Positions 27,401-40,117 of a stretch of DNA of 64,000 nucleotides are shown here, piece after piece. The notes under the pieces are model-generated. The model did no database searches, was not told the origin of the DNA, and worked only from the letters and a program-made list of their open reading frames with translations. Source of the DNA: Octopus sinensis. Taxonomy: Eukaryota. The translations under genes were made by a program, and so were the position numbers. The stretch covers positions 90,582,001-90,646,000 of the forward strand of contig NC_043003.1 in assembly GCF_006345805.1 (NCBI RefSeq), in the 5' to 3' direction. Position 1 is the first letter of the stretch. The number at the start of each line of letters is the position of its first letter.

Positions 27401-30400
27401 AAATTCTTTTTTATGGGATTGGACAAATGGTTCATTACACGAACAATGTAAAAAATTTCCACAGATGCAAGTAACCTGATTGATTGATGCTGTCAGAAAC
27501 ACAGCCTGGATAAATATCATTCCTTAAAGCCCATCTCTTAATCATGATAATATTATAAATGGACTGTCGTCACAAAGTTCCATCTGTAGAGCCACCACTT
27601 GATCATGTGCTGGTCAGTAGTAATGTTTCTAACTGATCAACATCAATTTCTCCAACCCCAACTCCTGCTTATATTTAATACCTAACTCCTCCCATACTAC
27701 CAACATTAACCATGATAACCCTCACAATAACTTAATGTGCGGTACAATATCAACCAGGGAGGTACGGCAGAATCACAAAGGGAAACCACAAAGAGTTAAT
27801 AACATGATTTCGCCTTTGTAGTATTATATATTTGCAGTATTTTCGAAACTTGATTTATATCCTATTATGTAAACGTAGCCAGTTACCATCAGCACACAGT
27901 ATATCTATTCTGTCTGTGATGGTGTTATGTTAATGTGACGTTGTATGCGTTCTGCATGTTTGCACATAGTCAAAGTGACTACAATTCAATGTGCTGTTTG
28001 GATGACATTAGTGAACCACAATATATAATCATAATAGACATTTGAGAGAGCTAGACTGATATTTATTGTAAACACAACACTATGCACTCTTGTTGATAAT
28101 ATAATACTATATCATTGTATCGGATGTTATACACCACTGGTCACAATGCACTTCCTTGCAGTGTTCTAGCTCTTGAATGATGCTTTCTAGGAGGACAGGC
28201 CAACTTCTTCCCTGCAACAAAACACCTGTTTGTTGCAGGGTTTCCTCTTTACAGCTGAGTGGACTGAGGTAATGTGAAATGAAATGTTGCTTAATAACAC
28301 AACACACTGCAGGTCTGGGGATTGAAACCACGATCTTGCGATCATGAGTGCAAAACTCTAACCACAAATATGACAGACAGACAGACCCACACAGCCATTA
28401 ATAGGTTAGTTTACACTTTTATTTCTTAAATAGTTATAATTTCATTTTCACTACAAATTTAACTACATTCCTAAATGTGGCCGAATTAGATTATATGAAA
28501 TTCATTATAAACATTGGGCTACCAACAAAATATTAATGGTTTCCAAATTCTTGCTTCTATTTCATCAGCAAGAAAAGAAAAAGTGAAGACAAGGGGTTAA
28601 ACAGCAGACAAAAATGGGGATTCAAGAAATTCTGGTTATACAAGATTCATTTTTATTTAGTTGTTTATTAATCAGAATGCTAGGGATACTTAATTAGTAA
28701 GTCAATCTGCTCTTTAAACTTTCAGTTTTGATCAAAAAGATGTTGAAAGACCTCAGTATACAAATGTGTGTGCGCACACACACACACATATAATAATCAT
28801 AAATGCCAAAACGACTTTCTGTGTGTCAGTGTGTCACACTTTGACCCCCCCTCTCTCACTAGTCAATGACACTTATAATATTCCACCTGCTGGGGTGAGA
28901 GTAATAGTAGGCATAGAGACAGCGAGGGCAGAAGTAAATTGATGGTTGTGATGGTAATGGGGTGATAGTAATAGTATGAGCTGTAGTTGTGATAGAGGTG
29001 GAGGTGTTGGTAGCCAAGGTGGTCAGGGATGCCGGTGATAGTAAGAGATGTGGAAGACAGTGGTGGTGGAAGGGGAGTTGGTGAAGTCAAAGGTATTGCT
29101 GCTGTTGGCGTCAGATGTCTGAATGGTATATGACAGTTGTGGTGGCGATGGTTGAAAACAATCAACAGAGAGAGAGAGAAAGAGGTTAGACAGAAAATAA
29201 ATTGTATTGCCCCCCCCCCCTGAACAGGAAGACAAAAAATGTTGTTTATCATGCAGCTTTGCAATAAGTTCCAAGTTGACAAATTGTATCATTGTTTTGA
29301 TGAAAATTATCCATTGCTTAAAAAATATTGGTCAAGTTTAATAACATTTAATATGTACTCAATGCATGAAGTGTCATTGTTGGTCCTAAAGCCTAATAAA
29401 GAGCCCTCCACAGGAGCTAGCTTTTAAGCTAGTAAGCTATAAGTTAAACATACATCCAAAACTGATGATATGCATTTGAATAAACCCTTTTTATTTCCAG
29501 ACATAAACACAAACATCTTGAAGAAAGCAATAATAAAAAAAAAGGTAGGACATTCTTTAATCATCAACAAAAAAAATTTTCATATCCTAAGTGTTAATCA
29601 TAATTAGTTGAGGTGGCAAGGTAACAAGAAATGATTTTTAAGTGCTTGAATGCTGTTGTTTAGTTCCAGGTCAACCCTTCGTGTGCAAACATAAGGAACA
29701 TTCCAGCTATGATCAGCTTGTCTTTTATGGGTAATTAAAACTATACGGATCCTTCATCATTTTATGATGGCAGGGTGTGTTTTAAGGGAGTTTTTACAGT
29801 GGGGGATACAGTCGATAAGAATTTAAGTAATCATGGCACGAGTAGAAAAATAGGGAAAAATGTACAACAAAAATAAAATTTATCTTAAGTAAAGTACTCA
29901 AAGCACTTTATACTAATGAGATCCATTGATGTACAACTGATTAAGATCAATTAATTTTCATTTAGGGCTGGCATGTAGTTTAGGGGTTAAAAAAATTAAC
30001 TGGAAGTGATGAATGATATACAGTACTTTCATGTAAACAATTTTTGACACAACCAATGCATGGAACATGAATCTACAAGAACAACGCTTCTCCTCCCTTT
30101 GGTTTTTTCTGTACAGTTTAGTAGCCATGCAGGATTTTTGTATTGCTCATATGTAGCTGTGTTGACTGTCATTCATTGACATGCAAGCCATCGAATTGCC
30201 TTCTCTTTGGTGTTCGTTGGAATGACATACTTCATCTGCTTTTTTTCTGAAATACTTAAGATATCACAAGAAAATACTATACAAGTGCCAGAGGACACTG
30301 CATAATGAGGGAGTTTTATTAATGAAATTAAAGGATTCCCCCAGTTCCCTTTATGAAATTACGGGATGTCAATGTCATCATTTTAAGTTAATTTACTTTC

Positions 30401-31417
30401 ATTTTTTTAACCCTTAAACTGCATCTTAACTCTATTTTGTTCTTCCATTATTTCCCATTTACTCCAATTGTGCTATTTTTATCATGCACCAAGTGACTGT
30501 ACTAAATAGCTTCCTTTGATTCACCATTTAAAAAAAAAATTATTTTAACTACTGAAACAGTTTTTATAAGCTTCGAGGGAATGGAGTTTAAGAATGGGAT
30601 CAGGAAAGAGTCAAAGAACCTGGTGCAACAGAATGGTGATGTCTTTAAGATACTGAACTGCTGCTGTTGATTCTAACATCTGCAGATGATAGATATGTCT
30701 GGGAATTGGAATTTATTTCAAGTCACCACAGATCATCTAAAATGAAGGGAAGTAGGTGCCGGTTGCTAACCAGTTAAATTATTTATGACAAGCAAACATC
30801 CTGTCTAACATGACAATGGATTGACAGAATCATTAGAGCGTCAGACGAAATAACTGCATGACTTAAGTTACAGTATTTTTACATTCTGAGTTCAAATCGC
30901 ACTTTTATTCTTATTAGAGTCAATGAAATAAAGCACTATTCAAGAATTGAATCGATTAGATATTCCTATAATGTATCTTTGATGTTAATGAAATTATAGA
31001 ATACATATCTGTCTCCACTTAATGCTAGAAAATCTGGAGGTGAGTGTATCTGAGATTCATTAAATAATGACATTCTGGTAGATTCTGTTTTCAAGCCTCA
31101 TATTGATGACATGTTTATTGTGAGTAACTATCACAAAATATGTTACTTCCGACAGTTAGGTGAATTGATGCAATGTACTGATGAAACAACCTCTGCAATG
31201 GTTTGCGAATTAAAAGAACCCTAAAAATAAATACGTAAAATAAAAAGTCGGTTGTCTTTGCGTTTCTGTGTGGCTGTGTTTATCAACACTAGAAAAAGTG
31301 GAAATAAAACTACTTCTTTCTCTTATTCGCACCAAAAGTAACTAGAAAATAATCACCTTTTCAATATTCAACTCCTAAAAGTGAGATTTGTAGAAACTTT
31401 AATGAAGGTAAAGAATA

Positions 31418-32002
31418 CGCACACCACCCGTTTTTGGAGTTTAGGGTTAGGGAAAGACTTCCTCCTGTGCCCCCATTTTCTCGCAAATTAGTGTTTTTTA
31501 AAATTTTTCTTTTTTTGCCAAAAACCCACGTTTCGGATACAGAGATTCCGGAAAATTGCCAAAAATCGGAATTTTGAAATTTTTGCCCCCTACTCCCTCC
31601 TCACCTTATTCTTCATTTTTCACTTTTTTTCCGTAAATCTAACCCTAAAACCTTAACCCTTAAACCCTAACTCTAAAACCCTAACTAGAAAATTTTTTTC
31701 TCCGTATTTTTCCGTATATTTTGACAAAAAAAAGTTTGTGAAAAAAAATTTTTTGAAATTTTTTCAGAATCATAATCACCGTATTTTTTCGCATATTTTG
31801 AAAAAAAAAAAATTCTGAAAAAAGTTAAGAATGAATAATTTAAGGGGGGGGGGGGGGGGAGAGAAGGGTAATTTCAAAATGCCGATTTTTGCAGATTCGT
31901 ATTCTCTGTAGCCGAAAACGGTGATTTGTGTAGAAAAAAAAAATTAAGGGGTACAAAAGGAAGTGTTGCCAGGGTTGGTTACACCGAAAACGGGTGGTGC
32001 GC
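31418..32002. mobile_element. Fold-back MITE-like element containing telomere-like repeats
   Basis: Termini CACCACCCGTTTT / AAAACGGGTGGTG. Inner inverted blocks at about 31525-31590 and 31855-31925. (TAACCC)-like array at 31638-31687. Confidence 0.65.
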
Positions 32003-32903
32003 TTTTTTTCTTCAAATATAAAGGATAAAATTGAAAAGCGCTATAATAGTGTATGCAGAAGAGGAGGGGGATAAAAAAGAATTAGAAACAATTTGGCATA
32101 TTGGAATGAAGATTATTTAGAAATTAAAATAAAAGTACTATTGGTTTTCTTTCGCAATCTCCAAGCGGATGTACCGAATTAGGCACCACTTAATCCCACC
32201 CAAATTTTTCTTCGGATTCATGTTTCCAACAACGGAGATAATGATTTTGCCAAATAGCCCCACCACCACCTACAATGACAGCTTTTCTAATTTTTAAATC
32301 ACATTCTTTTTAATTAATTTTTTTTTAAAGAACAAAACTTTTTACAACTATTTTTTTAAAAAAAACAGAGATTTACGGTTTTGGTAAAACAATGTTTGAA
32401 ATTTTTAAATACTATTATTATTTTTTAATGGTAATTGTTTTATAACTTTCCACTTTCATTTTGTGATCGTAAAACGAAAGAATGCCCTACCACATAAATA
32501 GTCCTTCATACACCGAAATACCTGAAGGACTTACTAACCTTACACACACAGCCTCCATATTGTAGAAGTTCAACTGAGACTGATTAGTTTTATATCTCGG
32601 AAGTTAAAAACCCTATTTTATATTCGACATCATGAATTACAAAGATAAATAAAATAACTCGTGTATATTAAGTGTAGTTAGCCAAGATCGTTAAACATCT
32701 GATTAAATAAATTCAAATCCCTCTGTGGATTGATTCAGATTTTCGTGTTTCCAGTGTCAGTTAACACTAGTAGTATGAACACGTTGAGTTCACCTCAACC
32801 TGGCGTAAAAAACAGCCAAAATCTTTCTCAAACCACACCTACCGCCTTGAGGTGACAAAGAAGAGTTGAATAATGCAACCCTAAGTAATAGATTAAGCTA
32901 GAG

Positions 32904-33105
32904 CAGGGGTTCTCAACCATTCTTTACCTCTGGACCCTTTCGATTTCTATTTTATTCAGATGGCCCCTCGAAGCCATTGTGTTTAAAAACAAAACCTAAT
33001 ATATTTTTATGATTAAATATTATTAGGAATTGTATTAAAAAATTGTTCAGATATTTTGAGTTTTGTAGAAGTATAGCTAATTTGTTGCACCGAAAACTTT
33101 ACCAA
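32904..33105 (+). mobile_element. Possible hAT-type terminal fragment
   Basis: Begins CAGGGGTTCTCAACC, a common hAT TIR pattern. No matching right end was found. Confidence 0.35.
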
Positions 33106-33109
33106 AAGG

Positions 33110-33338
33110 GTACAAGCTGGCAGAATCGTTAGCACGCCGGGCGAAATGCCTAGCGGTATTTCGTCTGCCGCTACGTTCTGAGTTCAAATTCCGCCGAGGT
33201 CGACTTTGCCTTTCATCCTTTCGGGGTTCGATAAAATTAAGTACCAGTTACTGGAGTCGATATAATCGACTTAATCCGTTTGTCTGTCCTTGTTTGTCAC
33301 CTCTGTGTTTAGCCCCTTGTGGGTAGTAAAGAAATAGG
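33110..33338 (+). mobile_element. SINE family 2 (tRNA-like head)
   Basis: GCTGGCAGAATCGTTAGCACGCCGGGCGAAATG...GAGTTCAAATTCCGCCGAGGTCGACTTTGCC...AATAAAGAAATAG-type tail. Inverted copy at about 37880-38100. Decayed copies at about 1000-1310, 5790-5940 and 63440-63630. Confidence 0.85.
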
Positions 33339-34759
33339 TACAATTGGCTAATGTAGCCCTAACAAACAAGTCCAGTGGTGCATACTGAATATTAAATATT
33401 GTTAGTCCAAAATAACACGAAGCGAGAAGAAAACAGACGGAATAATTGGGTAGTAGAACCTTTAATTACAGGTCTGATCGATCAGGGCTAACACGCGACT
33501 CAAAACCTCTACAAGCACCAGTGATATGCAAGGGAAAGATATAGTGGCATCGTCAATAAAACACGGTAGTAAATGTATCAGTATTTTAGTTTTCTAAGGA
33601 AAAAAAGTTCTGGGATTCACGACAAATTGTAAAAGAAATGTTTATACTTTGAAAGCGGTTAGGCAGTGATGCGCTCGGTTGGGACATCGGTAGAAAGTGA
33701 TGTCACCTTAATGTCCAAGGCAGCAGGGGAGTGTTGAAGGATGCGATTAAGAAAGTAGGGACTGAAAGAGTGAGGGGCGAAGACAAGGTAAGACAAACAT
33801 GAACATATACAACATTTTATAAGCTACTTTATCATATACCACATACAGCCCAACCACACACTTGCTGTTGGATTAATGAATGACTGATTATGTTATATAG
33901 GAGTGGGGGAGAGGCATAAATAACTTCCTAATGCTGTTGTTAATAATGACAGCAACAGATATGAGTGTTTTAGACATGAACGAAATGACAGCCATCAACA
34001 AAATTCGCACATCCCATAAATATCAAACATACACAAGTATTCGTGGTATGTTTATCTTCACATTATTCACACACACACACACACTGCTGACGTTTATAAT
34101 CAAACATCCAAAGTTGCTTTACAATACAGCAATTTTAAAATCCCGTAACTCTCACACACAACGGATACCCACACACACCAAACATTAGGTGTGGAAGCAT
34201 TTCCTTTACTCAAGTGAGTGTGTGATTGAATAAAGTTCTGCGGTTAAATGACGAAGTATGTGTGATTGTATGACTAAAAGTATAACTGTAAGTCTGTCGT
34301 TGTTTAGTGTGTGCTTGTATATATGTGATTGTACAATTAGAACCATGTATGATTGTATGACGAGTTGTAGCTAAGTCCGTCGTTTAACTGTATGATTGAA
34401 TAACAAGTAGTGTGTAAGACTGTGATTGTATGACTAGAAGTATGCATGGTTGCATGTGGGTTTGTTATGTGATTGAATGTACGTGTATACGTTCGATTGG
34501 GTTGGCGCGGGAGCATTTTATGATGGGGATATGTAATGAGATGTAAGAATAAGAGGTCTGAAAGTGTAGTGTGTTTATGTGCATGTATATATGTGTATGT
34601 GTGAGTATGCGTGTGTAGATGACTATGTGTATGACTGGGTGTTTGTATTAGTATACTGACTATGGACTGTAAAATGTACGTCAATGCATAAAAAAACCCA
34701 ATGCTAGTCTTTGATTAATGGGACTACACACATAAATATGTATAAATAAAACTTTACCG

Positions 34760-34813
<54 letters not shown>

Positions 34814-35549
34814 TGTGTGTGTTGTCTTAGTGTACATACTAATTATCAACAACGAAAAGAGTGTTTAACACATACAAGAAATAGTATTTCATTTATACAC
34901 AAACTTCCGAGAAGTGAGCCTTAGGTTTTAAACTATTATAGAAAGATTTCTCCGATTTTGAAAAAGATTGTCTGTGTAAATAAAAAAAGTATATCTATAT
35001 TGGAAATATCAGCATAAATCGATTACATACATGTACAAATACACAACCCCATAACTTTCAAAACAACTGTAGACATTTACCAAAAAACATTTACTTGTTC
35101 ACTTCATTTCCCTTCACATCACTAATGTCCTTGGGAAAGGCGTGAACGACATTATTTTCCCCTCGTACATATTATATTAAAAAATAAGGTTCTACATATA
35201 TAAGAAGCAATGATCACTAAGTTTGTGAGGGGTCAACTTTAGCTTCCACCTGTCATCGGTAGTCAGTAATTAATATTCTCGAATGGCCATATTAGCACCT
35301 TTCTTTAAAGGGGGAACCTCCACAAACATTTAATTTTGTGCCAAGATAAACAAATATATATAATAAATGAATAATTGATTTTTTTCACTGACCTTAAAAC
35401 TAGACTGAAAGTAAGGTAGAAATAAGATTGCATGACGTTCATGCCTTCCACAACTTCATTATTGATCACTTAGATTTTAAAATTTGATTGCTTTAAAAGT
35501 AGCTTATGTTTTGCGTTTTTTCTTTTCTTTTCGTTATTTTTTTACTTAC

Positions 35550-35660
35550 TTTTTGAATCATCAAAGCGGAATGAAAATCCTTGCCTCCTTGCATGCGAAA
35601 TCCCCAAGGAGTATTAGGGTCCAGTCTCTCCAGTTTAGCTTCCAAGGTAAGTACCGACAT
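35550..35660 (-). CDS. Coding exon 1 of a PDZ-LIM family gene (Zasp/LDB3/PDLIM-like), N-terminal half of the PDZ domain
   Basis: ATG at 35660-35658 in TTCACCATG context. The 111 nt encode MSVLTLEAKLERLDPNTPWGFRMQGGKDFHSALMIQK, containing the ALP/Enigma-type PWGFRxQGGKDF PDZ loop, and are followed by a GTAAGT donor (phase 0). Exact orthologue is not assignable from the PDZ alone. Confidence 0.93.
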
Positions 35661-36625
35661 GGTGAATGATGATGGTAAAGTTTTCCCTTTTTCCTTGTAC
35701 GAAGTTAACAGAAAATACAACTAAATTTTCCCACAAAAACAAAACAAATTATGTATAAAAGAAATAACTTCAAATACTTCACTTTTTCTCTTCTTACACC
35801 TGAACCCTAACTAAATCCTTTAAATTACCTTACAAACTAACTTAACCGACGAAAAAGAGCCACCGCCGACTTAACGTCCGACGTCGTGGTCGCTTCCACG
35901 CACGTTGATGTAATTTTTCTTCTTTTCTTTACTTTCTTTTTTCACCCTGAACGAAAACTCTCTGATTCTGAAGCAAGTGCTCGCCTTTGGCTCGTTTCTC
36001 TCTCTCTCTCTCTCTCCTTCTCTCTCGACTTTAGCTTGTTTCTCTCTCTCTCTCTCCTTTAGCTCGTTTCTCTCTCTCTCTCTCCTCCTCCTATACTTTT
36101 TTTTTATTAATGTTCGACCAGGCTTTTCTGTTTCTTTCACTTCCTTCAGTGACTCACTATTTGCGCACGACACTTCTCCCCATTCTTTTAATCTACTCTG
36201 TCTTTCTCTTGCTCTCTCTCTCTCACCCACATGCTTCTCTCTTTGTTTATCTGTCTCTTTCTTTTTCTCTTCTCTCACTCTGTCTGACTCTTTTCCCCGC
36301 CCCCAGTTTCTCTCTCTCTCTTACTGCTTTACCTTGTCTTTCTCATTTCTCTTAGACATTCACATATAAATTCAGTCATATACATACATACGTTCACACT
36401 TACATACGCACACAAGCTTACATACACACACACACACACCTACTTATCTTTCTTTGCTTCTCCTTTATTCTCTTTCGCTCATTCTGTTATCTTTTATCCT
36501 ATAAATTCATTCGCCTTCTCTTTAGTTTCTATTCATAAATTTTATCTTATATAAAACAATCTCGTTCATTCAAGTTTACTCTTTCCTTCCTTCTTCTCAA
36601 ATCTACCTTTTTTCTCGCTCTTTTT

Positions 36626-36668
<43 letters not shown>

Positions 36669-36700
36669 TACATATTTGAGTGTGTGTGTGTGTAATTCTG
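35661..36700 (-). promoter_or_regulatory. Probable 5' UTR / promoter region of the PDZ-LIM gene
   Basis: Lies directly upstream of the ATG. Contains a local CpG-rich patch (about 35855-35910) and long GA/CT tracts. The TSS cannot be determined. Confidence 0.4.
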
Positions 36701-37149
36701 CCTTTCATTTTTATCGTCATCGTTGATACTATTTTTTCCTTTTACCTAATTTATTTTCTTAAATTCTCTTTATCACGTTAGCTCCAATTCCTTTATATTT
36801 GTTCTCCCTTACTTAACGTCCCAGTGATAAATTCTGTCTTGCATGTCTCCTTCTATTTCGCTATGCTTCCCATTTCACTCTCTATAAGTTTGTTTTCTGA
36901 TGATAAACATTCTTCCACTTGTGTAAACCATTGGTGTCCACTATACGAGTTGGTGATGGAGTTGATAAACTGAACGCGGACACGTTTCTCTTCCGAGTTG
37001 TTTAATTTCCTCCTCCGCCTTGCTAACCAATACCTTAACTTCGAAACGAAAGATCATGTTATCATCATCATCATCACCACTAGTTGCTTTAACCGAATCG
37101 TTTTTGTTTATTAGTCTGTGAAACTGTTCAATCCTGCATGTGTGTGTGT

Positions 37150-37610
37150 GTGCATGCGAACAGAAGAGTGGAGTGGAGTGAAAGCATTTGAAGAGGCCAG
37201 GATAACACATGTAAGACTCAAGAGAGATTTAAAGAAGAATGTTGCGATCGAGAAGGTGAATTTCAGTGACTCTTTTGGGTGCACAGTTTGTGGCAAACCA
37301 TGCCTTTCTTTTGCTGGTCTCAAATCTCATTTGTGGACTCATAAAAAACGAACCTCCACCAACTATTCTGCCAATATGTCTGTGCACACCTGCAAATCCA
37401 ACGGAGATTACAAGAGACATTTTAAGATCCACAAAGATTAGAACCTAACTGCAGTTCCTGGTGATCCAAATCGGATATGCAGTTTATGTGGGTGTCTTTT
37501 CAATACATTGTCTGGCTTAAAAAAAAACCCACATCAGACCTCATGATGGATCTAAGGTGTAGGTACAGGTGGTGGTCAGACTCTGCATAAGGAATAGACA
37601 CCACCATGCA
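37150..37610 (+). mobile_element. 3' end of a second RTE-like LINE family with C-terminal C2H2 zinc fingers
   Basis: GVKAFEEARITHVRLKRDLKK followed by CTVCGKPCLSFAGLKSHLWTH, a damaged second finger and ICSLCGCLFNTLSGLK. There are no splice signals or N-terminal context for a host gene. Confidence 0.7.
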
Positions 37611-38559
37611 TGCATGATGTGTGGAGGGATGGACTTCGTTATAAACTGTTGAGAAGAAACCAAAAGAAATAGTTACAATAAAAATAATAATTTACGTTTT
37701 TAAACAATCACAGCCAATTTTCTTTTCTTATTCTTATCTGCTCCAAAGGCGACTAAAATCTTTTCAAGAAGGTTAAACGTAATTAAAGGTAGGGAAGAAA
37801 CCCACGCTCCTCTTTGTCATTCTTCCCCGTCCAATCTTCCTTTCTCCTGAAATGCCTTGTTCAAAGATACAACCTACCTATTTCTTTATTACCCACAAGG
37901 GGCTAAACACAGAGGGAACAAACAAGGACAGGCATAGGTATTAAGTCGATTACATCGACCCAGTGCGTAACTGGTACTTAATTAATCGACCCCGAAAGGA
38001 TGAAAGGAAAAGTCGACCTCGGCGGAATTTGAACTCAGAACGTAACGGCAGAGGAAATACGGCTACGCAATTCGTCCGACGTGCTAACGTTTCTGCCACC
38101 ACAAAGCAGTCGGGGGATCGACTGCCCTAACCTCTCGGCCACGTGCCTGCACGTGCCACTATTGTTTAGCATATTTCTTATACCTGGTCAAGCAGATGGA
38201 TGATAAAAAGTATTCTAGTGATGACCACTGCATTTCTTTCTAGACACAGTGTATCTAGGGCATCATTATCTCCCTCTTTTGTTTTTAAAGACTAGGAGGA
38301 TGTGATTCACAGGAGATTTAACTGCTATTTTCAGCAAGTCGAACATCCATATATGAGTTTTATCAGCAATGGTAATTACTGTTTAACAACAAGGTCAGTG
38401 CTGATCCTGCTATCTTAGGATCACAAACATTCCGCCAGTGACCACCATAACCTCTTTTCATGGTATATCTAGCACTATATCATCAAATGTATCCATCTTC
38501 TTTTAACAGAGCTGCGACAGGGAAAGCTCTGGCCCTTTAGGAATAAAATATCTGTTGGA

Positions 38560-39075
38560 GTGGGATACAGCCTAGTCACCTGTACAGCTAATCAGGTTGT
38601 CCACGAGGGAGTCATACCCAACATTATCATCAACTGCTACAAAGGTAAAGGTGACACCTTAGACAGAAATAATTACTGAGATATCAAATTATGGACCAGA
38701 TTATAAAAAGGGTCATAACTCAACTAATTAGAAAGAGAGCCTAGATGAGATGCAGTTTGGTTTTGTGCCTGGGAGAAGCATAACTGATGTTATCTTTGTG
38801 GTAAGGCAATGGCAGGAGAAGCATTTAGCCAGAAATAAACCTCTGTTCTTGGCTTTGACAGGGTCTCCTATACCGTTATCTGGTAATCAATGAGGAAGCT
38901 AAGAATAGATGAGTGGTTGGTGAGAGCTGTATAAGTCATGTACATGAATGCTGCCAGTAAGGTAAAGGTAGGCAATAAGTATGAGTATAGCAATGAATTT
39001 AGTGTACAGAAGGTGCTTACCAAGGATCAGTTCTTAGCCCCCTCTTGTCTTTTTTATAGTCTCCCAGACCATAAC
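38560..39075 (+). mobile_element. Eroded RTE RT fragment
   Basis: GATGAGATGCAGTTTGGTTTTGTGCCTGGG (DEMQFGFVPG) and flanking RT sequence with many indels. Confidence 0.8.
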
Positions 39076-39693
39076 AGATGATAGCTTTCATTACCTAGTT
39101 ATCATGCAAACTTTTATCATAAATTATACCTCCTTTACCAAATTCTCACACACATATATATAAATATATGAAATTTACACATTACTCACTTTTGTTTTCA
39201 AAATATACATGTTGTGCATTCACAAATCAATGGAAATAAAGAAAGCTAGATCATGAGATCTCCAGAACATTATGGTTATATCAATGATCAACTTGATGTA
39301 TATATTTGTGTCTGTGTGTGTATTTTTTATATATTGTCTCCTTGTCTTGACATCAGGCAGTAGTTTTAAGTGAATTTCACTGTCACACAAGAAGTGTTGT
39401 TTCCAATCTTCTACACAATCACGTCTAGGTATGGATGTCATTCCTGTCACCAACCCTTGCCTGATTCCGGATGAGGATTGGCAACAGGAATGGGATCCAG
39501 GTATTAAAATCTGTCTGATCTGTGCAAACATGGAAAAATGGATGTTTTATATATAAGTATATATATATATATATATTACAAAGATGATATTATTTTCTAC
39601 AGAAACATTATAACTAATTGTTTGAGCACATCAATTCTGTGCATCTACATATATTTGCTTGGTTGCTGACATTTATCAATGGTTTCTCCCAAT

Positions 39694-39859
39694 GTAGGTG
39701 CAGGAGTGGCTGTGTGGTAAGTAGTTTGTTTACCAACCACATGGTTCCAGGTTCAGTCCCACTGCGTGGCACCTTGGGTAAGTGTCTTCTACTATAGCCT
39801 CGGGCTGACCAAAGCCTTGTGAGTGGATTTGGTAGACGGAAACTGAAAGAAGCCCGTCG

Positions 39860-39891
<32 letters not shown>

Positions 39892-40117
39892 TGTGTGTGT
39901 TTGTGTGTCTGTGTTTGTCCCCCTAGCATTGCTTGACGACTGATGCTGGTGTGTTTATGTCCCCGTTACTTAGCGGTTCGGCAAAAGAGATCAAAAGAAT
40001 AAGTACTGGGCTTACAAAAGAATGAGTCCCGGGGTCGAGTTGCTCGATTAAAGGCGGTGCTCCAACATGGCCGCAGTCAAATGACTGAAACAAGTGAAAG
40101 AGTAAAGAGTAAGAGTA
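39694..40117 (+). mobile_element. tRNA-derived SINE family 1, most intact copy (head, internal TA/CA tract, CR1-like tail)
   Basis: Head TGGCTGTGTGGTAAG...GGTTCAGTCCC (A/B-box-like) and tail GGCGGTGCTCCAACATGGCCGCAGTCAAATGACTGAAAC followed by (AAGAGT)-like repeats. Other copies or parts at about 3285-3425 +, 4545-4935 -, 4965-5345 -, 25430-25690 +, 50090-50190 +, 52385-52540 -, 52810-53320 -, 55760-56260 - and 62125-62280 -. Confidence 0.9.
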
